Origin: Mizuhopecten yessoensis
Taxonomy: Eukaryota
Length of the DNA: 64,000 nucleotides
Reading direction: 5' to 3'
Assembly (NCBI RefSeq): GCF_002113885.1
Contig: NW_018408822.1
Location: forward strand, 388,420-452,419
Shown here: positions 41,201 to 49,759 of the stretch, piece by piece
How positions within the stretch are numbered: position 1 is the first letter of the stretch
Layout: every line of letters starts with the position of its first letter
The notes under the pieces: model-generated
Databases searched by the model: none
Told to the model about the DNA's origin: nothing
What the model saw: the letters and a program-made list of their open reading frames with translations, nothing else
Translations under genes and position numbers: made by a program

Positions 41201-41801
41201 CAAATATTATAATGCCTCCACATTCCCCATCTGTTTTGCAGCAGTACCCTAGCTACTGCCAGGCAAAGCTCCGCCCATCTTCCTCTCAAATTTAAGGGTA
41301 CAGTGTATTTACGTGTACTTGGTACCACAGGTGCTGGACACTGATATGTGTATACTATCTATATACACACATCGTATCAGTGTCCAGCACATGTGGCATC
41401 TATCAGTGACACTGTTTCTCTCCCATGCCCAAACGTCACTAAAATGCATTGCTTGTCTACTAGTGTACTACTAGTGTCGCTCCCTTACCCCTACCCCCCT
41501 ATACTCCCACCCCCTTCAGCAGGCCTTTATTACACTGTTACACATGTTCTACAGGTACACATAACGTTACGGTTACCAGTATTTGTAGGTCATCATTTCC
41601 ACCTATGTGTCTCGCATTAAAGAACACCTGCGGTACAGTGCGTCTGCCAGTTCGCTGCTTCAATTCTTCTCGACATTGCGGGTAGGCATCCAGGCTAATG
41701 TCAGTGTAGGGGACCCCCAGATCCTGTAACGTGTTTTTGGCCTTCATGCAGTGAGGACATCCTAAGATTGAGTAGACGATCACTCGTCCTTTCAGCTCCA
41801 T
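29210..41801 (-). CDS. Glutaredoxin (CPHC)-DEP-DUF547 domain protein (class IV glutaredoxin-like), 10 exons, 478 aa (531 aa if ATG 41960 is used)
   Basis: Exons on the minus strand: 41801-41577, 39129-39021, 37821-37660, 35487-35314, 34801-34728, 34411-34214, 32977-32884, 32159-32026, 30724-30581, 29332-29210 (TAG). All introns are GT-AG, intron phases 0,1,1,1,0,0,1,0,0 are consistent, and the total is 1437 nt. Grx motifs YSILGCPHC, TVPQVF, IGGNDDL. DEP motif YKRSFVGREFVDW...AVEMGQAL. DUF547 motifs LSFFINIYNALVIHA, YSLQDIENGVLR, EPLIHFALVCGAKSCPP, LSKILKWYQEDFG, YDWSVN. Confidence 0.95.
30917..31096. repeat. 34-bp tandem repeat, about 5 copies (GGTTAACACCCTGTCATACAGAACACCAATACCA), intronic
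   Basis: Direct inspection. Confidence 0.9.
31769..31897. mobile_element. Small inverted-repeat element (CATGGCTATTTTGGA...TCCAAAATAGCCATG), preceded by a tRNA-SINE head fragment at about 31648-31682
   Basis: 15-bp perfect terminal IR extending imperfectly to about 30 bp. ggtagtctaatggtaggacgccgggctcgtgacc matches the head of the SINE at 47558-47910. Confidence 0.6.
32993..33250. repeat. About 81-87-bp tandem repeat, 3 copies, immediately upstream of the exon 7 acceptor
   Basis: Repeated gacatttaggtatcaacagaatcagacaatatctctgtgtgttagg...acatggcatggttcaaagagatgtt. Confidence 0.9.
35453..37220 (-). repeat. 62-bp minisatellite derived from the intron 3/exon 4 boundary: about 12 copies (35453-36188) plus about 7 degenerate copies (36789-37220), split by a about 600-bp unrelated insert
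   Basis: Minus-strand unit: tctatgtatactgatctctatttcTAG|aacgaagtgcagctgttgagatgggtcaggccctg. The last copy in transcription order is the true acceptor plus the exon 4 start. Confidence 0.92.
38102..38429. mobile_element. MITE of about 330 bp with long imperfect TIRs (CATCCTC...AGGATG), possible 9-bp TSD CCCCTGGGG/CCCCTAGAG
   Basis: Arms ctctgcaccccttggaatatgtcata / tatgacatattccaggggtgcagag. A second, interrupted copy lies at 46899-48938. Confidence 0.75.
39750..39963. repeat. 69-bp tandem repeat, about 3 copies, intronic
   Basis: cagctggtcataagtataaggccgtgagaaagggagggtcacagagatccagctcactgccatctcc repeated. The ORF track shows 23-aa periodicity. Confidence 0.9.
40130..40210 (-). mobile_element. 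Degenerate tRNA-derived SINE head
   Basis: Minus strand reads tagctcaattggtagagcggcagactggga...gtttgattcctgg, with A-box/B-box-like motifs but no intact cloverleaf. Confidence 0.45.
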
Positions 41802-42439
41802 ATTAGTTGACGACAAGTTCCAGAATGTGACAGCGAGAGATTCTATATCCGGGTATCGTCGGTATTGACTCGGTACAGATCGTGTCGGATATTTGTAAGA
41901 CTTGATCAATGAACTCACCCCAGCGGAAACTACACATAACAGGCGTAGACCGCGAATCATGTTCCGTGTTGGAAGTCCTGCCTGGAATGTTGGTGTAGGG
42001 GGAATAACTCCTATACAATTTGTAGTATTTTGTGACATGTTTTTTTGTGCTCACATTAGCTTTTTGCGACACTTGTTCGTAAATTTACATCACTGAAAGA
42101 CATGCAATTTTCATTTCAATAAAAAAAAAATACGAACAGTTACAAATGAACTAAATCAGAGACATATAAAGCCATGCGGTATATACGTCTCTGACTAATG
42201 TTATAAATAGCTCTTGTTGTCACACCTCTCATGTGAGTTTCCTGTACCAATGATGAGTAAAGACAATTGTTCCCTTTTCTCTGAATATCAAGTGTAGCAT
42301 TGTGTGCATTTTTATCGTCCGAAAGAAACATTTACGTTTAATTGCCAGAAATGTAAAAAAAAAAATTGAATATATATATATATACACAGTATGTCATCAT
42401 TTAAATCACAATATACATTTAAAATGTATAGGTAATACT

Positions 42440-42726
42440 AATAATAATAATATACAGCATTTATATAGAGCCCTATATAATTTGTAAAATTACTCTGAGG
42501 CGCTTTACAACATATGTATAATAGCAATGGTTATAATTGTGAAAACAAACAACAAAGGCTTGCAATCACTTTCATACATTTATCAAGCAATGTGCACATA
42601 ATTGAACAAATAAAAGGGTGGTATTTACATGACGTCTTTGCAAAGATTCTAAAATGCAGACATGAAGAGGTGAGTTTTTATGTCCTTCTTGAACTTGGCC
42701 AGGGTATTCGACTTCCTAATAGCAGA
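42440..42726 (-). mobile_element. L2-clade LINE 3' end (ORF2 C-terminus, 3' UTR, (TTA)n tail)
   Basis: Minus strand: IRKSNTLAKFKK followed by an out-of-frame KTHLF-like motif, then ttgtaaagcgcctcagag...gctctatataaatgctgtatattattattatt, a typical L2 tail. Confidence 0.75.
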
Positions 42727-42749
42727 NNNNNNNNNNNNNNNNNNNTCGA

Positions 42750-45669
42750 ATGCAGGTGAATGACTGTGATGTGCGTTTTCAACTAGACAGTGCTGCGGAT
42801 GTAAACACTATATGCAAACGGTATGTTCGGCGTGAACAGGTACGTGCATGCACGACAAAGATTCGCATGTTTAATGACAGTACTCTATGCCCTGAAGGTG
42901 AAGCAACGCTTAACGTACTGAATCCTAAGAGTGGAGAACAGCATAATGTAAGCTTTATTGTGGTCCCTAACAAGCTACAGTGCCTCCTAGGACTTACAAC
43001 AATTACAAAGCTTGGATTTGTGACTGTGAATCAAGAAAAGTTCATTGGGAAGATTGAAACTACAAGTCAACCAGGAGATTTGGGTGAGGTTACTCTAACT
43101 ATTGACCCCGAGGTCAAACCCGGATTCCTGCCCTGTAGGAAAATACCCATCGCTCTTAAGGATCGTGTAAAGTCTGATCTTGACAACCTTGTTGAGAGAG
43201 GTATTCTGATACCAGTGACAAAGCCCACAGCCTGGGTCAGCCAGATGGCTGCAGTACACAAACCTAATGGCAAATTACGAATCTGCCTAGACCCTCAAGG
43301 TCTCAACTCTGCCATGCTGCGAGAAGGTTATGCCTTACCAACACTGGATGATGTACTACCTAAGCTATAAAATGCACGTGTATTCAGCAAATTGGATGCT
43401 AAAGAGGCTTTCTGGCATGTCCGTTTAGACGAACAGTCTAGTGAACTAACCACTATGATCACGCCTTTTGGTCGCTATCGATGGGCACGCCTACCATTTG
43501 GATTAAATGTATCCAGTGAAATTTTCCAACGCAAGTTAAACGAGGCTCTTGAAGGACTTGATGGAACATTCACCATTGCTGATGACATCATCATTGCAGG
43601 ACAGGGAGAAACTGATGAGGAAGCACACCGGGATAATGACAGGAAACTGCAGGAGTTGTATAAACGTTGTGATAAAAGGAACATAGTGTTAAATGAAGAG
43701 AAGAAGGTGATAGGGCTGAAAGAAATCACTTTTCATGGTCACACCATCACAAATGAGGGGGTGAAAGCTGACCCCAAGAAAATTACAGCTATCATTGATA
43801 TGCCAAGTCCTGTGGATGTTGCAGGTGTGAAAAGATTTTGTGGTATGATTCAATACATGGCGAGGTTCTTACCTTGTCTGTCAACAATGTTAGAACCAAT
43901 GAGAGCTCTGACTCGCAAGGACACTGATTTTAACTGGTCATCAGCCTGTGAAGATGCATTCCGAGAGGTGAAACAGAAGCTCACAAGCGCCCCAATACTT
44001 TCATATTTTGACCCTGGGAAGGAAATATGGCTGCAGGTTGATAGTAGCAAAGATGGACTCGGTGCTGTTCTACTCCAAGATGGGAAACCCATTGAATATG
44101 CGTCTCGGTCTCTAAATCCCTCGCAACGCAAATGGGCACAGATTGAAAAGGAAGCTCTGGCTGTACTATACGGTGTAGAAAGATTTGACCAATCCACCTA
44201 TGGACACAAGATCATAGTACAAAATGATCACAAACCTCTAGAGTACATTTTGAGGAAACCTACCAGCAGTGCTCCCCGTCGGTTGCAAGATATCACGTTA
44301 AACCTCTTAAGGTACGATATTGAGTTTAGATTCCTTAAAGGTGATAAACTTATCATTGCCGATACTTTGAGCAGAGCAACGGTCGCTGACCCATCTGAAA
44401 ACCGTGATCGTATCATGTCAGTGAGCGTAAACGACAACCTAAGTGATAAGAGACTTACTGAGATAAGGGAGGCTACTCTGGAAGATGAAGATCTACAATG
44501 TCTGAAGAACAATATCCGGGCCGGATGGTCAGATGAAAAAAGGGATGTTGAGGACTGTTGCAAGCCCTATTTCGACATGAGAGACAATCTAAGCGTCTAT
44601 GAAGAAATAATTGTAAACGGAGAGGCAATAGAAATCCCCAAGGCCTTACGAGCTGATGTGAAATCTCGACTACATAGTTCGCACACCGGCTATGACTCAA
44701 TGATGCAGAGAGCGCGGGGTACCGTCTACTGGCCCCATATGAACTCTGACCTCAAACAACTAGCTGAAAGTTGTGAAGCCTGTCAGGAACTTAAACCGCG
44801 TACAACAAATACACTACTAAATCAACATGATGAAGGACAAGCCCCGTGGCAAAAGATTGGTTTGGAATTGTTTGAAATAAAGGACAAGCGCTACTTGGTC
44901 AGCATTGACTATTATAGTAACTTCATTGAGGTTGACCTCTTACAGAAAACTACTTCAACTGTGGTCATTGGCATCCTCAAGAAACAATTTGCGAGATTTG
45001 GCATCCCGAGGACCATAGTATCAGATGGTGGCCCCCAGTTCACCTCGAGTGAATTCAAGACATTTACCTCAAAGTGGTGTATTTTTCACCAGACCTCCTC
45101 ACCTCACCACCAGCGAGCAAATGGTAAAGCAGAATCTGTGGTGAAGGTGATTAAAAACTTAATGATAAAATGTGAGCGGAACAGACAGGACCAATTCGAG
45201 GCTTTGATGGAGCTGCGGAATGTTCCTCGACAGGACACTGGACTGAGCCCTAACCAACTTATGTTTGGACGTCAAACGCGCACTTTGCTTCCAGCATGGA
45301 ACCAGGAGGCAGGAATGAAAAGTGAAAAACGGGAAAAGCGGAAGAAATCGTGATTTGCCGAGATTAAAGCGTGAACAAAATGTGTATTTCGAACACAAAC
45401 CGGAAGAGAGGTGGACACTCGGAAAGGTACTAGACGCCATTGGCGAGTACACATACAGAGTGCAAGCACAAAATGGTGCTACATACAGAAGAAATCGGGT
45501 TCATATCAGACCCACTCGTGTGGAAGCCGTGCACGACCCAGAAAAGACTGCTCCAAAAGTACATGTGGAAACACAATTAACGCGGCAGCCCAGTATCGCT
45601 GGACGTGAACACCGCCCAGTGCGCCAACGAAAAGAACCTGGCTATTTAAAAGACTTTCTTCGTTACTGA
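42750..45669 (+). pseudogene. Gypsy pol polyprotein (protease, RT, RNase H, integrase) with one in-frame stop (43368-43370) and a frameshift near 45330
   Basis: LDSAADVN (protease); LRICLDP, LPFGL, IADDII (RT); VDSSKDGLG, QIEKE, NDHKPL (RNase H); HSSH...CEAC, SDGGPQF, NGKAE (integrase); YRRNRVHI tail. Confidence 0.92.
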
Positions 45670-46027
45670 TTTTCATATTTATTGTTTATAAGTTTATGTT
45701 AGTAGTTTCTAGGTAGCCAAGTGACAATCAAGGACTCTGTAAAAAGTGACATTCTATTTTGCTCTAGTGCCAATTTAAATTTATTTTAGGTTCATGAACA
45801 CTGGTAAAAATCATTCATACATTTCCATTATGGTGAAAATTGACAGTTGATTAAGATATAATACAAACTGCATTTAAGCTTGTTAAAAGCAATGAATTTT
45901 ATTACTCAATATTCTAGTCGTAAAAATTTGAGTCATTCATTGGTATGCTACACTATGTCAGTTTAATAATTTGTGTATGTCCATTTCATTTTGACACTGA
46001 CAGTCATGTTCTTCTAAATAAGGGGGA

Positions 46028-46193
46028 TGTTGATGATTGCGTTCCGTTAGTTTATATCATTCCTAACATTACATGTACCGACTGTGAAACCTCGTTATGA
46101 GATATAAACAGCTAAGATGGTAGTCCATGCTTGTTGTTGTCTTTGATCATGAGAACCCGTACCTATCTGTAAGAACTTGAAACGTTATCAACA
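46028..46193 (+). repeat. 3' LTR (166 bp), TGTTGAT...ATCAACA
   Basis: Starts right after the PPT and has inverted termini. L2 coding sequence resumes at 46194. Confidence 0.85.
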
Positions 46194-46535
46194 ATCTTGA
46201 CGGCTGATACAGGGTAACAAGTTCCTGTAGGTACTGAGGAGCTGTTCCATTCAGTGCTTTGTATGTGTATACCAGAATTTTGTACTGCGACCTGTATCGT
46301 ACAGGTAACCAGTGCAACGAATAAAGCGCAGATGTGATGTGCTCTCTCTTTCGAGTACGAGTAACTAGCCGTGCTGCAGTGTTCTGAACCCTCTGCAGAC
46401 GACTTGTTAGTTTGTCAGATATACCACAGAGCAGGGCGTTACCATAATCCAACCGAGAGGTAACAAGTGAATGCACCAAAGTCTTGCCTGCATCTGCAGT
46501 TAGAAACTGCCGAATACAGCCGATGTTCCTGATCT
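46194..46535 (-). mobile_element. L2-clade LINE ORF2 fragment (5'-truncated), upstream part of the element interrupted by Gypsy
   Basis: LVHSLVTSRLDYGNALL...LQRVQNTAARLV...HITSALYSLHWLPVRYRSQYKI...APQYL. Confidence 0.88.
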
Positions 46536-46659
46536 ATTAATGAATATAGGTGAATATTAATGAACTTGTGAATACGTACGTGATTATAGTTATTAAACTT
46601 TATTTATTTTACAACAATTAAGAAACACGTTATTTCAATTTGTAATAATCGTTCTTATT

Positions 46660-46824
46660 GGCCCGTATGTTAGCGTACGGGGTCTTAATATTGGAGGAAA
46701 CTGAAGTGCAGAGAAAACCGACGCCGTCGAGTAGGTGACCTATACCTTTTCAAGTCCGATCGGGGAGTCGAACCCCGGCCGCCTTGGTTACAGGCATGTG
46801 TGCTATCAACTGCTCCAACTGATC
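46660..46824 (-). mobile_element. tRNA-derived SINE with a V-domain-like core
   Basis: Minus strand: gttggagcagttgatagcac...ggggttcgactcccc (A/B boxes), then ggttttctctgcacttcagtttcctcc, resembling the V-SINE ggtttcctccgggtgctccggtttcc motif. Confidence 0.65.
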
Positions 46825-47294
46825 AAAATCTGTTGTGGGAAGTGAGAATGACTCATTATCAAAGTTTATACATTAATTTAGATATTACCAAGGCACCGCA
46901 TCCTCGATATCCAGGTACCGGTGTTACGCTCACTTTCGCTCTCTGCACCCCTAGCCATGGCATAGCAAACTCGAAGTCTCAGTGTGCAGCATCTTGCGGA
47001 TGAGACGAGAAGACTAATTTGATCCTTGAATGTGCATCAAAAGAATCTCGCGTTCGTGTAACGGTACAACTTACTGGCTTTGAAGTCGGGCGTCGCTCAT
47101 CTGTAATCTTAAAGAGTATCAGCCTAACTAGTGGTTGGTCAGTTTTTATTACCTGACACCAATCAATATATCAATATATATCAATGGATAATGGATTATC
47201 GGTGGAATGCATGTATTTAGACTATAAGAAGTCCTTTGAAACTGTCCCTCATAACCGGTTACTAACAAAACTGAAAGCATACCAATAGCAACGC

Positions 47295-47409
47295 CAATCG
47301 GGAACCGTCGACACTTTCCGTAAACGAGAAAATACCAATCGGGAACCGTCGGCACTTTCCGTAAACGAGTATTTTCTCGTTTACGGAAAATGCCGACGGT
47401 TTCCGATTG
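47295..47409. mobile_element. Palindromic CAATCGG...CCGATTG insertion with a duplicated 41-bp left arm, inside the LINE
   Basis: caatcgggaaccgtcggcactttccgtaaacgag twice, then its reverse complement. Flanks atagcaacgc / aaagcaacgg are a possible degenerate TSD. Confidence 0.7.
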
Positions 47410-47557
47410 AAAGCAACGGGTGACGGTAAATGGGAAGCATCCAGAATGGTCAAAACGCGATGTCCGGAATCCCACAAGGATCAGTCCTCCGACCAATTTA
47501 TTTGTGATGTTTGTCAACGATCTACCAGACCTCGTAAAATTATACATGTTTTTACTT

Positions 47558-47910
47558 ATATAATAATAATAATTGGAGGTTCTTATATAGCGCTTTATCA
47601 CAACCTAGTTCGTAGGTCGTTGCAAAGCGGTTCACAAAATATTATCCGTGGTTATAGGGCCTTTCCACCCAGCCAATACATTTCTCAACTCCATTAGGAG
47701 CATACAGCCGGGGCTGCCATTTCGGCGCTGACAGCTAGCATTCAACAATTCTAGCACTGCCCAACTACCTACTCATTTACAGCTGAGTAGACTGGAACAA
47801 GCGGAGTAAAGTATCTTGCTCAAAGATACAACACATTGCCGTGCCGTGGCGCGAAACCGCAACCCTTCGGTCACGAGCCCGGCGTCCTACAACTAGACTA
47901 CCTTGCCTCC
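47558..47910 (-). mobile_element. Full-length tRNA-derived SINE (CORE-like centre, L2-like tail with (TTA)n)
   Basis: Head ggtagtctagttgtaggacgccgggctcgtgaccgaagggttgcggtttcgc; centre ctttgagcaagatactttac...ctcagctgtaaatg; tail aagcgctatataagaac...ttattattatta. Confidence 0.85.
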
Positions 47911-49759
47911 TAACGATAGAAAAATAATCAAGATCATAGAGAATGATAAGGATAAGGCTACTCTACGAACAGACTTCGACAGTATGTGTGAATGGAGCAA
48001 AACATGGCTATTGGAAGTACATCCACAAAAATGTAAACATATGCGCATAGGAAATCCAGTTGAGGGGACAACATTATATTCTATAAACAACATAGTGTTA
48101 GCCAAAACAGAAAATAAAAAGGATATCGGTTTAAGGGTGGACTCAATCCTCACCTTCGAGGATCATATAAGTCAGAAAGCGAAGAAAGCTAACTCCATGT
48201 TCGCAATGCTCAGAAGAAGTTTCAATTATATGGACGAAAAATCATTATTACCATTGTGCAAGGCAATAGTACACTCACCTAGACTTTGCAAGTTCAGTAT
48301 TGACACCATTTAGACTCAAAGATATTGAAAAGATGGAGGGAGTCCAGAGAAGGGCGACTAAGCAACTAACTACCATGAATGAAAGACCTCCCTTATGAAG
48401 AAAGGCTGAAGAAGCTAAAATTACCATCATTAGCATACCTTTGCACTAGAGGTGACATGATAGAAACGTCCCAGATAATGAATGGGATATACGATAACGA
48501 TATAAATAGTATTCTCCGCCAGAATTATCTCAAGAGGGAACACCGGAAAGATTTTTCCACAGAGGGCCAAATCAAGTTTGAGACATAATTTCTTCTCGCT
48601 GAGAGTAGCCAGAATTTGGAACTATTTGCCAGGGCCATAGCCACCGCACCAAACACAAACACTTTTAAGAACAGACTGGACAAGGCCTCGAATAAACAGG
48701 AGCTGTTGTAAATAATAGAGCTTAAATTAGAACAGGGTTACACGGAAGTTACAGACCAACACTGGAATTAAACGACTAGTCCGGTGTATAGGAAATATAT
48801 AGTTCCTGTACTGGAAATCAACTATAAGTTACTTTAAGTAAGTAATCAAATAGCCAGCCGCGTGCCTTCAATATTACTTTGACATATTCCAGGGGTGCAG
48901 AGAGCAAAAGTGAGCGTAACCCCTGGATATCGAGGATGCAGTAGGGAAATAAAGTTCAGCGTGACCACCGTGTACCCTATAGCTTCACTAGTGGGGTATT
49001 AGTATCGAGAGATAAGTGGTATCGGCATCAAAGCGAGACGGAGATCACGTAGGCAGGTCAAAGTACTTTTATAATTTTACAGATCTATCTTGTTACCCAA
49101 AATGTTATGCAAATGTAAGGGGTTTGGGAAGTGTTTGGGTAGAGTATGTTTTCTGCTTTTTAGAAAGAGGTTAATAGTTGCATTTCAGTAAAGAGTGCTT
49201 TAAAGCAGTGACATGTCAAATTAATCCTGAAAATTGTGTGTGGGCATTGACATTTTGGAAAAGAGGGCAGCGGGGTTTTGTCTAAATATATAATAATTGT
49301 GATGTATGATAATGAGAAATGTTATTTAAATATTTCCCGATAACAATAAGCATTTAGGACAATGGCTTTATCGCCACCGCTCATTGCTGTAAATAAGTAT
49401 ATGTAAAGGAACAGATGACGACGCTTCTATTATCCTTCCTTATTCTGTTTGGCTTTAAAACCACAGTCAGGATTTTTCCATAGTCATTCTGATATAGACA
49501 TCTCAAACTGAAAGCCCATTGCCCTTATAAACCAAAACCTCAATACCACCAAGAATTTTTAGGATTATAATGATATTTTACCGCTCCCCCCCCCCCCCCC
49601 CCCCCCCCCAACACTATATAATTCAACTCTTAAACTCTTATGAAATAATATTCTTCACAATGCAATGAGGAAAATATCAGCTTGAATTGCAAGGTCAACG
49701 AAGTTCTGACAGTATCCACCAGTGTTTGCGACTTCGATGGGGAATTGCAAAGTGGATAT

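Larger units (their letters stand above)
42746..46193 (+). mobile_element. Ty3/Gypsy LTR retrotransposon (K02A2.6-like pol); 5' LTR and gag lost in the assembly gap; inserted into the L2 LINE
   Basis: PR-RT-RH-INT domain order. Polypurine tract AAATAAGGGGGA at about 46016-46027, then the LTR. L2 sequence flanks both sides. N-gap at 42727-42745. Confidence 0.95.
47167..48843 (+). mobile_element. 5'-truncated CR1-group LINE with a (TAAG)n tail and TSD AATCAA
   Basis: YLDYKKSFETVPHNRLL, GIPQGSVL, WLLEVHPQKCKHM, KDIGLRVDSILTFEDHI, LPYEERLKKLKLPSL...RGDMIE. aatcaa at 47161-47166 and 48844-48849. Confidence 0.88.
46899..48938. mobile_element. MITE of the same family as 38102-38429, split by nested insertions
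   Basis: TIRs CATCCTCGATATCCAGG / CCTGGATATCGAGGATG. Internal sequence is colinear with the 38.1-kb copy on both sides of the insertion. Confidence 0.8.

Noticed and set aside
47840-47910. tRNA genes (also about 31650, 40130-40210, 46750-46824, about 58300)
   Set aside because: tRNA-like heads lack a full cloverleaf and continue into SINE bodies or are fragments.
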